Shown here: piece by piece, positions 11,471-23,069 of the stretch
Layout: every line of letters begins with the position of its first letter
Position numbering within the stretch: the first letter of the stretch is position 1
Source: Lama guanicoe
Lineage: Eukaryota
Assembly: GCA_013239625.1 (NCBI GenBank)
Contig: MU053994.1
Coordinates: 1,739,775-1,803,774 of the forward strand
DNA length: 64,000 nt
Direction of reading: 5' to 3'
Made by a program: the position numbers and the translations under genes
The notes under the pieces: model-generated
Databases searched by the model: none
Seen by the model: the letters and a program-made list of their open reading frames with translations, nothing else
Told to the model about the DNA's origin: nothing

Positions 11471-13466
11471 TTTAGCCAACCCAGAGGCAGTGGCTCAAAG
11501 AGACAGCAGCAAAAGAGTTAAAAGGCAGGAAATGAACTAGGCTTTGGGATAAAGCCCCATTAATTGCCATCTTACCAGAAATCCTCTTCCCTGCAAATCC
11601 GCAGGCTGCAAATTAAGATCTGAATTGTTGTTTTGAGCGCAGCTTTCTCCAAACCACAGATTTGCAAACACTTCTCTTCCCGGTAGCTTGAGGCCTCACA
11701 ACAGTCTTGTGCTATTAAACCTTGCTGAAAAGTGGGCTGAGACCACTAGGTCTCTTGTGAAAATTACCAGACGTGTGGACGGCTGGTGTGGGATTCAGTG
11801 AGATGCCTCTGCCCCTGTCACCAGGGAGAGCGCAGCTGTGAAGAGGCACCTCGGGTGGAGAATCTCTGGCCTCGGGTGACCCCCCCAGAGCGGAGGGTGG
11901 GGAGGTGAAGTGGGGGAGGGGCAGCAAGTGGCCTCCCAAAGTGGCAAATCCAGGTCCACAGCTCCCTTGCTTGTTCCGCTCCACATTCCAACAGCAGTTT
12001 GGGGGAAGTCATTTCAACTCTGTGCTTCAATGGCTCCAAGCCACGACTGGGGATAAATGTGCTACAGGGCACGGCAGCTTCCTAAGGCCAGGTGGATCTT
12101 TGCAAAACTGGTGGCAGGAAGAGAGATCTAAGCCAAGAAAATGCACAGGGAAACTTCTGAAAGGTGTGGGAGGGTGCGCCCCAACAGACACAGAAGCGCC
12201 TGCTCCTGGCATACCCACACCCAGCCTCCCGTTAGAAGCAAGAGACTGCGTTCCTGCAATTTTTCCTTTGGGGCCATTTTGGAGAGATTTTGAAAGCCTG
12301 AAATTCATCCTGGTAGAATTAAGAGTGGAAGGCACCCAAGGACTTTGAATTGACCCCCCTCCCCTGCTCCAGATGAGGAAACCCAGACTCCCATTTCTTA
12401 CACGCTGAGTTCAAGGGCACGTGGATGGACTCTGTGCCCATGGGCTCCGAGAGCTGAGCCCAGCACTCTCTGCATTTTAAGGCACCACGGTGCCCCTTGC
12501 TAATCCAGACATCTGCACACCACACTGTCCTCTCCCAGTCACTGATGACAAAGGCCATTTTTCACAGGAGGATATAATCTGCTAAAATCGTCTTGCATTC
12601 CAGGGCAAGAGCGCCCATATTTCACTGAGCAGGTTAATCACAAATATCAAGTGACGAGGCAGGAAGAAGGACAGAGAAGAAAAGGACCCTTCACAGTTCG
12701 TGGAAACTTTGGGAATGGGACCCATTTTGCTTCCCCTGCTCATACAATAAAAACATCCTAAAAGCTTGTAACATTTAGAAAAACTCTTTGCAATACCTGG
12801 ATACTAAATAATATTCTCTTTAAACCGATAAGACAATTTAGTTAGGAAAGATAATTGATGAGTTATTTATATTAGTCTCCAGTGTCCAGCACGGCCATCA
12901 TTGAGATGAAGTGCTTGGGACAGAGTGAAATCCCTTAATTACTCTCACATGTGTTGTGTGTTGCAGAGAAAGAAAACATGATGCAAAGTGCGTATATATT
13001 TCAGCAGCATAATAGCTTGATGAAGATTTCTAAATTTTTCAAAATGTCATTTCTTTCCAAAAGATGGATTATTTCTGTTGGGGTTTAGTCTACCTAATTA
13101 TTCCTGCCTTGATTACTTAACTACTCCAGATATTTCATCCCTCCATGCTCTTATCATGTTCGGCATGTTCGAAGAACCAAGGCAGCTAGCTTATTAGCAC
13201 AAAGCAGACGATCGTGTTTCCCGCAGTTAGTGTGGGAGGCTGGGTCACCAACTGGAGCACCAGGGATCGCTCCCATGAAGCAATGACCTCACTGCAGCTT
13301 CCGTCCACTTGCAGTGACCCAAGCTAGTCTGCGTATAGCATCTTCTAGACCGGTGGCCCGCTTCCCCGCAGTCCAGGGGACAGCAGGTCCATTCCCCTCG
13401 GCTCTCCAGCTCTCTGCCCTGTCCATTACATAGACCTGGAGGCTGGGCTCTGCATTTCTTTCTTTA

Positions 13467-13637
13467 GAGAGCGCTTCTCAAACGTCAGCCTGGAGGGCTT
13501 GCTAAAGCAGAAATGGCCCTGCCCCACCCCAGAGCAGCTGATTCGGCAGGCCTGGGGTTTGGTCGGAGAATCTGCATTTCCAAGTTCCCAGACCATCTGA
13601 GGATGCTGATCCCGGGACCACGCTTTGAGAACACTGC
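13467..13637. mobile_element. MER5A (hAT-Charlie)
   Basis: GCTTCTCAAAC...CCTGGAGGGCTTGCTAAA...GAGAATCTGCATTTC...GGGACCACGCTTTGAGAACACTG. Confidence 0.8.
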
Positions 13638-13828
13638 TTTAAGATGACTTCTGTCTTTCTTTAAAAAAATTTTTTTTTTACAAATTAAATCTGGGATTCG
13701 TGTCTGTATTAGGTTGGAAATTGAGACCTAATGGCATCTATTTGTTTGATTTTAGAGATCTGTCCGGTATCCAGCTCTGGATTCAATGAGCAAAATAACT
13801 ATTTAGGTAAAAGATAAGGGCCTCAAAG

Positions 13829-13921
13829 TGAGAGAGAGGTAGGGAGAAAGGAAGGAAGGAAGGGAAGGAGGGGAGGATGAAAGGAGGGAGGGAGGAAGGA
13901 AGGCAGGCAGGCAGGCAGGCA
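13829..13921. repeat. Purine-rich (GGAA)n/(GGCA)n simple repeat
   Basis: Directly visible. Confidence 0.9.
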
Positions 13922-14074
13922 GTTGGAAAGGGCAGCTTCCAGAACATTTCTGGAAGGTGTGATTCTACATCTATGCTCTGAAGAGTCCGGGAGTGGGCCC
14001 AGCTCCACGGCTGGACTAAAAGGCTTTTCTCCGTGTTTTCCTATTACATGGGGACAGCAGAGTGGGTTACCCCA

Positions 14075-14520
14075 CCAACCGCGGGTCCTTTTCCGCGCAC
14101 GCGGAGCTCTGGGCAATGGGCAAGCCCCCATCCCAGAGCCTACCCCAGGCGCACCTGTCACGCCAAAGGAAGGCGGCCCGCGCCCTTTGGCTGATCCCAC
14201 AGCCTGGAAAAAAGCCAGACTCTGCTGCCTTTGAAAGCCTGTTCCTTGGAGCAATCCTGGCTCGCTAGGTTTAATTGTTTCGTCTCTTTTTTTCTGGTTT
14301 ATGAAGGCGCCCCGCCTGAAGTCCGCCCCTTGCGCAGCGGCCCGGAAAGGTGGGAGGAGCGCAGGCAGAGCTCCCGGCTCGGCCAGAGCGGGTTTGTATT
14401 TCCCGACTATAAAGAAGCGTTTGTTGGGAGCTGATGAATTGCGGCGGGGCTGGGGCCGGGCCGGATGCGCACCTGTGATGCTCCGCGCCTGCCGGGTTCT
14501 GTTTACGCATCAAATGTGGC
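14075..14520 (+). promoter_or_regulatory. Small CpG island with promoter-like architecture
   Basis: About 34 CpG in 440 bp by hand count; GC boxes at 14310 and 14322; TGCGCA at 14331 and 14466; CCGGAA at 14342; TATAAA at 14408-14413. Confidence 0.55.
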
Positions 14521-14616
14521 CTCAAATTTTCCCTGGCTCTTGAGGCGGTGGGGTGAAGAGGAAGAAGGGTAGGAGGGCAACCCCTCACCCCCCTACAAGT
14601 TTGAAAATCTCTGAGA

Positions 14617-14776
14617 CCTGGCTACTCAAAATGTGGTCCAGGCACCAGCAACATCACCCGGGAGCTTGTTAGAAATGCAAATCTCGGCTCCCGCCCAGAC
14701 CTACTGAATCAGAATCTGCCTTGTTAAGGAGATCCTGCGGTCACTCCCTATTCCAGTTAAAGGTTGAGAAGCACGG
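14617..14776. mobile_element. MER5A-like (hAT-Charlie)
   Basis: GCTACTCAAAATGTGGTCC...GAGCTTGTTAGAAATGCAAATCTC...CCAGACCTACTGAATCAGAATCTGC...TTGAGAAGCACGG. Confidence 0.85.
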
Positions 14777-15659
14777 CACAGGGGTCCGTGGCACCGAAAA
14801 GGTTAAGCTCCTGGTCTCCAACGAGGAAAGGGAGGGGAGAGGGGAAAAGTTCAGTCTCGATTTGGAAAGGAGCGGAGGGTTAACCCTGAGGTTTGCCCGC
14901 TGGATTGGAGGACAGAGAAATTAACATATGGAGTGAGTTAGTGGGGACGGTGGTGGCCGGGAATAAACGCGAGTTAGAGGCATAGCTCAATGCGTCTGGG
15001 GGCAGGGCAGGGCTGGGAGGGAAGGAGACGGAGTAAGTGGGTGCCACCAACACTCCCAGGAAAGTGGGGTATGCTGCATGCTGGGACCTTTTCCTCTGCC
15101 TGCTGTGCGTTTTCTGAGACCCAACTGAGGCATTTCAGCACACACAAGGGGTAGATGGATGAGAAAACAGTAGCGGCCAGAGCTGATGGCAGGCGTGGAG
15201 CTGAGGTAAGAGCACCTGGGAGCTTCTTAATAAGCAGGCTGACATGTGGTGAATAACATTTTAATGCGGGAAGAAAGAGAAAGCACACGATCATAAAAAG
15301 TGTGCCCGGCATCGCTGCATGGTAACCAAGAGGACATGCCTGGCAGGGAGCGCCCATGGAGCCAACAGAGGGTGGGGGTCACACCATCCTCTCGGCATAG
15401 CCGTAACTCATGTCCAGGCTCCAGAACCAGCCTGCTGTCCATTTTCTGCACTAGTGGAGGGGAGAAGAGGTACTGAGCGTGCAGGTAATCCAAAAAGAAA
15501 TGATTTGGATTTGGTGTCAGGGCAGGGATCAACCCACACCCGCCTTTCTGGGCCCCCATCTGACCATCTCTTGCCTTCACCTACTGTCAGCTCTGCTGGA
15601 ACCAGGTGGCAATGGTAGGGGAAGGAGGCTTCAGTTAAATCTTATAAAATCCAAAGTAG

Positions 15660-16425
15660 GTGATCCACTTTCAGACTCCCCTCCAGGCCTCTTTTGTCAG
15701 CCCTGTTCAACAATTTTATGTGTGGAGCAGGTGGACTGATGGAAGACACATACCCATCAAATTCCTGGTTGCCCCCAAACTGGTAGAGCGGTTAATCTAC
15801 CAAGGAGATAATCTACTTGGACTCCAATCATGTTTCAACAGACCGTTAACAATAAAGAGAGTCTGTCAAAATGGCATTCACTTTTTCATATGCCCCCTCA
15901 TCCTCTACCATAAAGGTTTTGAGATGATTTGCAGAAATCATAGTAATTTAAATCAAAATAGTAAAATAAAAAGGTAAACGTCAGGTTTGGTCCTGGCATC
16001 AATCTCCATGGGAAGTCGGGACTGATGTGGATGGTGACATTTAATGATGCGAATGGTGACATTTAATAGGAAAAAATATAAAGTTCTGTCCTCAATCTAG
16101 AAAACAAAAGCCCAGGTATAGGATGTGAGCGATGTGGTTTAGCAACATCTCGGATAAAAAAGAAACTGCAATGGACAGTAAGCCCAGTCTGAGTCAAGAC
16201 TGGGATACGGTAGCTGAAAAAATGGAAAAGAACCCTGCCCCTGGCTATAGTTACAGAAGGAAATGTCTCTAAAAAGAGAAGGTATGGTCCCACACTGTCC
16301 AGTCTTGTTAAAACCACTCCTGGAACATCCAGCTCAGTTCTGAAAGTCACACTTTGAAAAAGACATTGGCAAACTGGACGCATTTAGAAGAAAGCCATCT
16401 GGAGAGGGAAAGTCCGTGAAACACA
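15660..16425 (+). mobile_element. CR1/L3 LINE relic, RT and C-terminal ORF2 region
   Basis: PLQASFVSPV and IKFLVAPKL resemble CR1 PQGSVLGPV and IKFADDTKL; TTTAATAGGAAAAAATATAAAGTTCTG and CAGTTCTG...TTTGAAAAAGACATTGGCAAACTGGA resemble FNRDKCKVL and QFW..FKKDIDKLE. Confidence 0.7.
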
Positions 16426-16749
16426 GAAGGGAGCTGTGTGCCGCCCCCGGTGTCAGGTGCCTAAGGGACAATGTCATTAGAAGACATAGTCTTGTCCTTC
16501 TGAAACCTCCAGCCCAGTGAGGAAATCAGATAAGTAAACCACAGAAAGAAAGAAGGCTAAATCAAGCTGTGGAATCTTGGAAGAAATTATGGAAATTATG
16601 AATTATTTGGACTGGGTGACATCCGGTTCTCAACACTCTCAACAGCTGCGGAAATGAGTGCCTCTGTGTTAAAGAGAGAATCCAAGTGGTGCGTCTCCTG
16701 CCCGCTACATGTATCAAAAAAAAAAAAAGAGAGGAGGTAGGCAAATCTC

Positions 16750-17032
16750 AGGCCAAGAAAATCAGCATCTTAGACTCTGCAATTCTCTTGGCCCTTCCCT
16801 CATGGTTACAAGATGGCTGCTACTGCTCTTGATTTCATGCCTACATTCCAGCAGGAAGAAGGGGAAGGGGCAACACCTATGTCCACCTGTATCAGGAGGA
16901 CAAAAGCATTTCCAGGATTCCACGGCAGATGCCTGCTTATAACTCATCAGCCAGAACTGTGGCCCCTGGTCCCATGATGTGGTTCATTAGTAGGAATAGG
17001 GATTGGGTCAGGCAACCAACAGTGTCTGCCCC
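16750..17032 (-). mobile_element. MaLR LTR (MLT1K/L-like)
   Basis: CCTCATGGTTACAAGATGGCTGCT...CAGCCAGAACTGTG...GGCAACCAACAGTGTCTGCC. Confidence 0.65.
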
Positions 17033-17034
17033 AG

Positions 17035-17520
17035 ATGGATTTCAAGTTTCAGGCTTGGGAGCCTGAATGGATGGTGGTGCCGTCCACAGAGACAAGAAAT
17101 ACAGAAGAGGAACAGGTTTGCTGGGCACGGGGCTGGCAGTTAATGAGTTCAGTCTTGGACTTGTTAAGATGAAAATCTTGCAAAGTATCCCAAAACAGAG
17201 ATGTTAAGTGGAAAAAGCGGATGTGAGGCATTGGATTGCAACTGAGAGTTCTGTGCTTCAGACATGGATTTGGGAGTCAGCAGCCAAGAAGTGGGGATCA
17301 CAGCCCTGGGTGCAGGCGAGGTCCCTCGGGGAGGAAGTGCAGAGTGAGAGGTCTAGCCAGGCTCCAGCTGGGTACCAGTTTGACGTTTAGGCATGAAGTT
17401 GAGGGGAAGAGAAGAGTCAGAAAACTGTGCTGGAAAGAAACACCTGGAGAGGTGGGAAACTAGGAGAGAATGGTTCGCAGAGGCTGTGGGAAGAGAGACT
17501 TTCAAGGAGGGAGAGAGAGG
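17035..17520 (-). mobile_element. L2 fragment
   Basis: GAATGGATGGTGGTGCCGTCCACAGAGA...GAAGAGGAACAGGTTTG...GAGTTCAGTCTTGGACTTGTTAAG. Confidence 0.75.
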
Positions 17521-17529
17521 TGGGCATAG

Positions 17530-18021
17530 TCCGCACTGTGGACCCTCTCACATGCAGCTGGGGGCCATTCCTTCTCACTGCCAGCTTCCACCTCGAGCAC
17601 TTGTGTCTTTGAGCTGTGGGACTTTGCCTGGCCCTGTCAGGGATTGCTCAGCTGAGTGCAGGCACAACTTGGAAGATAGGGAGTTCACCTGCCCCCCACC
17701 TCACAGAAGCGTCCCTCAGCCTGGCAGGGGTGAGGGGGAGCAGGAGCCTTTGGGTAAATGCCCCCGCCTTCCCAGTTCCGAGCTGGATCCCAGACAGGTT
17801 CTTAGGAGCCCCCCAGAGGGGATGGAGCTCTGGTTGCCTGCTTTACTGGCTCTGCTCCTTTCTCCATCTCACGTTACCTACCCATCAAAGGGTGGGCATG
17901 GCTCGGGAGCCCCTAGGGAGGTAACAGGGAACCCCTCCCCCCACATCCACTGGTGTCAGCATCTTGTTTTGATCCTTTGTGTGGTTTGGTTGTTACTTTA
18001 GAAGGAAACCAAACTAAAAGC
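17530..18021 (+). mobile_element. ERVL LTR16-like
   Basis: GGTAAATGCCCCCGCCTTCC core; 3' end AGGAAACCAAACTAAAAGCA. Confidence 0.45.
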
Positions 18022-18519
18022 AACCTTGAACCAGGTGCCAGTCATCACTTTCACCCATCTTTGAACTAGGACCAGACTCTGCAATGACCCAGCATGGAGG
18101 TCAAAATTCATGGGAGAAGGGCAGGAAAGTGAAGCTTGGCTTCGGCAAAGGGGGTCGACATTGACCTTGGAGCAAGCAATTTCAAAGACGTGGTGGTGTC
18201 TGAGGCCAGGTATCCATGAGATGAGAAGTAAATACAAAGGAAGGCAGTTGAGTTACAGGTGTAGACTGTACTTTCAAGACTTTGGTCTCCGAGGGCCAGG
18301 AGGGACCCAGGATGATAACTAGAGTGTGATGTAAACTCAGGGGAATTTGTGGGACTTTTTTTGTATTGTCTTGTTTTGCCTTTTTTTTTTTTTAATTGAA
18401 GATGGAGGTGAGTTGATGGCAAAGCCATCCTAGAGAGAATGCATTTGCAGGGACAGGTAAAGGATGGCTGGTGACGTACATTTCTGGGTGGAGCGCAAAA
18501 CTCACTAAGACAAGCAGTC

Positions 18520-18695
18520 CTGGGCCTGTGTGACCCTCTGGTAGCTTCTTAACCTCTCTGAATCTCTTTGTCATCAACAAAACCACAGCTAATAATAGCT
18601 TCTTTGCCAAGGTTGTCATGAGGGCCAAATATGATATTGCAGAGAACTCCTAGCCTGATGCCTGGGGTAAAGTGGGGACGTGGTGAATATTACTC
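18520..18695 (+). mobile_element. MIR SINE
   Basis: TGTGTGACC...CTTAACCTCTCTGAATCTC...GGTTGTCATGAGG. Confidence 0.7.
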
Positions 18696-18841
18696 GTAAC
18701 TAACTAAGAGTCTGAAATTGATCACCAGGTCCAAGTTTAGGACTACACCCTCCATCCTGACCTTACAGGATGTGTTGATGTCGACCCTTCCTCCAGGTCG
18801 ACACCAACACTTTCCCCAACACCCTTTCACGTCAAGGCAGA

Positions 18842-19301
18842 TGTCACAGATGCTGTCAGCGCCTCTCCTGGATCCCCTCAGTCTACCCTGGGGGTCACAC
18901 ACCAGCTGCTTTTTCCATTCCTCTGCCTGAGGGCCATCTCTGGCTGTGGCACATGCCAAGCCCAGGTCTGGGCAGGCTGGAAGCGCCAGGGAGTTAGCAT
19001 CATCCAGGAGAGCCTTCCAACGATGCGGGCCAGGAGTTGGTTGAGAAATGCCCAGCCACCTCACCTCTCAGTGGGACAATTCTGAGCCACATTTCAGACA
19101 ATCTCTGAGAAGGTCCTCTGTGAGACCACGCCCCGGTGCCTATAGTGGAAACCTGCTCCATGAAATGCCCGTCACGGGTTTTCCCTCCTCCCGTGGCTCA
19201 CTTCCTCTCACTTCTGCGCTTCTTGGATTCACCTCCCTAATAAACTCCTGGCACTGAAATCCTTATCTCAGGTCTGCTTTGAGGGAACTCAAGCTAAGAC
19301 C
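18842..19301 (+). mobile_element. ERVL LTR16-like solo LTR
   Basis: Starts TGTCACAGATGCTGTCAG; ends CTCCCTAATAAACTCCTGGCACTGAAATCCTTATCTCAGGTCTGCTTTGAGGGAACTCAAGCTAAGAC. Confidence 0.8.
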
Positions 19302-19771
19302 AAAAACAGCAGGTGCAGGGAAATCACACTGAGCTTGGCTGGGCCCAGCCCCGTGTTTCCCCGCAGCCGGGAGGAGAACTCGCCCCTGAAGTCTGGGTGC
19401 TTCCTGGAGAGAATCGGCCTCGAGAAAGAGAGAACTGACTAAGCTGGCCCCGTGCCAGAGCACAGAGGGATGTCTGAGGATGGCGCAATCTGTCACTAAA
19501 ATCGTCCTCTTCCCCAGCCCAGTGGGGTTCCGTCTGCATCCACTGGCAAGGGATTTAGAGAAGGAGCAAGGACAATCTAAACTGAGACAATGAAGCCCCT
19601 CACCCCTGCAACGCTGATGGCTATAAAGAAGGCAGAGATGGGCCCGGGGCCTGCGACCTGGGACGCCATCAGGCTGCTCCGAGCGGCAGGGCCATGCCTG
19701 GCCCCACCATCCCAGCAGCCATCTCAGAGAGACGAGGGGTAGCTCCGCGGGCTTCTTCTGCCTCCAAAATT

Positions 19772-20208
19772 GCCTCCATTTCACACCCATTAGGATGGCT
19801 GTTATAATACAAAAAAAAAAAACCCCACAGAAAATAACAAGCATTTCGAGGATGTAGAGAGAAATCGGGACTCTTGCGCATCGCTGGTGGGAATGTAAAA
19901 TGGTGCAGCCGCTGTGGAAAACGGTTCCTCCAAAAATTAAACATCAAATTACCATAGAATCCAGCAAATTCCACTTCTGGGTATTTATCCAAAAGAATTA
20001 AAAGCAGGAGCTGGAACAGATATTTGTACATCTATGCTCATAACATTATTCACAATAGCCAAAAGGTAGAAACAACCCGAGTGGCCATCAATGGATGGAT
20101 GCAGAAACAAAATGTACTATATCCATGCAATACAATATTCTTCAGCCTTAAAAAGCAATGAAGTATTGACAGAGGCCACCTGCATGAAACTTGAGGATGT
20201 TATGCTAT
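19772..20208 (+). mobile_element. L1M fragment (ORF2 end)
   Basis: CACACCCATTAGGATGGCT...GCTGGTGGGAATGTAAAATGGTGCAGCCGCTGTGGAAAAC...CCACTTCTGGGTATTTATCCAAAAGAATT. Confidence 0.9.
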
Positions 20209-20209
20209 G

Positions 20210-20900
20210 TTGGGGTTGAATCCTGGCTCCACAACATACCATGGGCAATTTCATTTCTCTCTCTCTCTCTCTCAGCCTCAGTTTCCACATCTGTAAAATA
20301 GGGCTGGCAATGTCGTTGTAATTGTCTGGGATTAGCCAGGACTCTCCAAACCTAACTCCCTTCTTTGCAGGCTCTACCCACCCCTTCCTCTGCCATGGGG
20401 CATGTGACCCAGGCCAAGCCAATCAGAGTATCCCATTCACCAGGCCACTCAGGAATGAGATTGACCCCAGTAGGCCCATCAGAGGCCTACTTCGAGATTT
20501 TTCCAGCTGGAACCAGTTGGGAAAGACCCTGGCCTGAGGGCCAGGGTGTCGGAAAGAAGTCAAGCAGAAACTGGCCGTGGCCATGTCCCCCACCATACGT
20601 AGATCTGTCTGCCAGAGGAAAGGGAGGCCCACACGGAGAAGAGAGAGAGAGAGAGAAGATCTGGGCCGCGTGGGTTGCGACCTACACCTCTTCATGCCTG
20701 TGACCAGCCCCAACTCTCCGCTCCCCAGGTACGGGGCCAATCAATCCTCTTTCTGTCTAAGATGGTTTGAGATGGATTTCTCCCACTTACAAACAGAAAA
20801 AAGCCAACCAGGACAAAGAATGGCCACCTCGCAGGCTTGTTGTGAGGATTCAATGAGGCAGGATCTGCACAGAGAAGTGTCCGATAATGGTCATTGTCAT
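20210..20900 (+). mobile_element. MIR SINE split by an MLT1 LTR
   Basis: GCCTCAGTTTCCACATCTGTAAAATAGGG (20275-20303); resumes ACCTCGCAGGCTTGTTGTGAGGATTCAATGAG (about 20826). Confidence 0.7.
20323..20815 (+). mobile_element. MaLR LTR (MLT1K/L-like)
   Basis: GGGCATGTGACCCAGGCCAAGCCAATCAGAG...GGTTTGAGATGGATTTCTCCCACTTACAAACAGAAA. Confidence 0.65.
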
Positions 20901-20914
20901 TCGCACAGGGACAC

Positions 20915-22040
20915 GAGCCACTTCCTCTGTTGTGTGTGAACGTCAACTCATCGGATCCCCAAACAACGAGCAGCCGCCTTTCTCTTCACCCTCCTACTCA
21001 GAATTCAACTGAAAAAGCCTTTACGGAGGCCCTGGCGTACTTTAAGCCTCAGTTCACTCTTTAGCCTTCCCAGCAGCACTCATAGTGTTCTCTGCCACTC
21101 TTTGGCTGTTCCTCGTTGGCTATCCCGCCAGCTCTTCGGCATGATGGACAAAACTGAGGTCACTGGGGCTCCCTGAACAGCAGCCACTCTCGGTCATGTT
21201 CATCATTTCTTCTTCCTTGAGCTCTTTTGCGGTGGCTGACTTGGAATTTCATTTTTGCGTCCCTCCAACCTTCTTGATGGCTTCCGTAAAGTCTCAAGCC
21301 ATGAGTTGCTACCTCTATTTTCCCTAAAGCGCTCTTCCTCAAAGTGCCCTCAGGGCCCCCTTGCGGCAAGAACAAGATTCCTGGCCAACCGACCCAAGGC
21401 AGAGCTCAGCCCTTGAGGGTGTGTATGGCCCTCAAGTCTGAGAACCCCGGCTCTCCTCCTTTTGAAGTCTAAGCTGCTCACTCCCCATGACTCTTATTCT
21501 AAGAGGACAGACTCACCTCCCAAGGTCTCATCCAGCTCCCTCACCAAATGGTCCCTCCTTCTTGGTTTGAATTAACTCACGAATAGCAATTCTCCTCATC
21601 AATGCCCATCTCAACAGGAAGTGAAATTGTCAGCAAGGCAATCCAAGAGTTTGTTCAGATGCTCTGCTTTCCTGACTCTGAGCAGCTGTCCAGCTGGTGC
21701 TGCCCCCGCCTCGGTAGGTGTCTGGACTCCAGGCCAGTTGTGTGGTCTCGGTCAGGAACCCGTCATCAGTTTCCCCCAGCTGGTCTGGCAGCCTGTAAAA
21801 CGCTCCTACAACAGTATGACTTCTCTTCCCCTTGCCTTTGCTCTCCACCCACATGGTTTCCAACACAGCCCCGCCCTCAGGGAAATCTATGGATTTCCAT
21901 GCGGCTGTAAATCTTTTTATCACGTGTTGATGCTCCACCTCCCCTTCTAATGGCTTCTTTTTAACAAGGTCAGCCTTCCTATATCGGCCCCACCCACAGT
22001 TCCACTTCCCGCTTCTGAGGCTGACCATCCAGCTCAAGGC
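20915..22040 (-). mobile_element. CR1/L3 LINE relic: ORF2 endonuclease domain and linker, multiply frameshifted
   Basis: Minus-strand translation LETMWVESKGKGKRSHTVVGAFYRLPDQLGETDDGFL (about 21750-21863); then, in order and in other frames, LDCLADNF, RRIAIRELIQTKKEGPFGE, LDFK, KAK..ELRL and KGFFS. Confidence 0.8.
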
Positions 22041-22069
22041 ACTTTGGCCATACCCAGTTGGACTAGCAT

Positions 22070-23010
22070 TTTAGTGTAGGCTGCCCTGGTGGTGGACACC
22101 CAGGCGAGGATTCACGTGCAACAGAGGCACACCTTGGAGGTACTGCAGGTTTGGTTCCAAACCACTGCAATAAAGCAAATATCACAATAAAGCAGTCACG
22201 TGAAACATTTGCTTTCCCAGTGCATATAAAAGTTATGTTTACACTGTACAGTAGTCTAGTAAGTGTGCAATAGCATTATATCTAAAAAAAAGTACATGCC
22301 TTAATTTAAAATATTTTCTTGCTAAAACAAATGCTAACCATCAATCTAAGCCTTTGATGAGTCGTAACCTTTTTTGCAATAGTAACATCAAAGATCACTG
22401 ATCACAGATCACCATAACAAATACAATAATAATTTAAAAGTTTGAAATACTTCAAGAATTACCAAAATGCGACCCAGAGACACAAAGTGAGCAGATGCTG
22501 TTGGAAAAATAACACTGATAGACTTGCTTGACCCAGGGTTGCCATAAACCTTGAGTTTGTTTTTTAAAAAAATTGTAATATCTGTTGAAGCACAATAAAG
22601 CGAGGTGAAATAGAACAAGGTATGTCTGTCGTTTATTTGGGAGGTGATTTCAAGATGTAGCCGTAGTGGAGTGGAGATATGAGACAGGGAAACAGCCGAT
22701 ACAGGATGCCCTGTCAAGCAAGGTACCGCTGTGGGCAACTGGAACTCAGTCTCACCGAAGAATGGTCTAGAGGAAAAGCCTTGGAGTTATCCCACCACAG
22801 GGGCAAAGGAATCAGGGTGTTTACAAACTAAGTCTCAGCAGTCACTGGGCATTTATACCCAGCACTTCTAGCCAGCTGTGTCTGCTGAGACACAGCAGCG
22901 TCCAGGCTAGAGGTGCTCCCAGGCAAAGAGATATAAGGGCTGGCAGTTGGAAACGCACCCAGCATGAAATTGGACAAGCTACGGGCAGGCACTGCCAGCA
23001 TCTGCTCCAA
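22070..23010 (-). mobile_element. ERVL LTR16-like, split by Tigger
   Basis: AGGATTCACGTGCAA | Tigger | GTTTATTTGGGAGGTGAT rejoins to the reverse-complement LTR16 3' end; far end GGCACTGCCAGCATCTGCTCCA. Confidence 0.7.
22124..22628 (-). mobile_element. Tigger1-derived non-autonomous DNA transposon (Tigger1a-like)
   Basis: Degenerate TIRs GAGGCACACCTT and AAGGTATGTCTG; internal AGTAACATCAAAGATCACTGATCACAGATCACCATAAC. Confidence 0.88.
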
Positions 23011-23069
23011 CCAGGCGTGAGTCCCCTGGCTAAAGGAAACACACAGCTATCCAGAGTCACCAAAAACTT

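Noticed and set aside
17393..18001. 202-aa ORF with hydrophobic stretches
   Set aside because: Lies across L2 and LTR16-like repeats
19400..19700. Possible continuation of the CR1 relic
   Set aside because: Similarity too weak to support by eye
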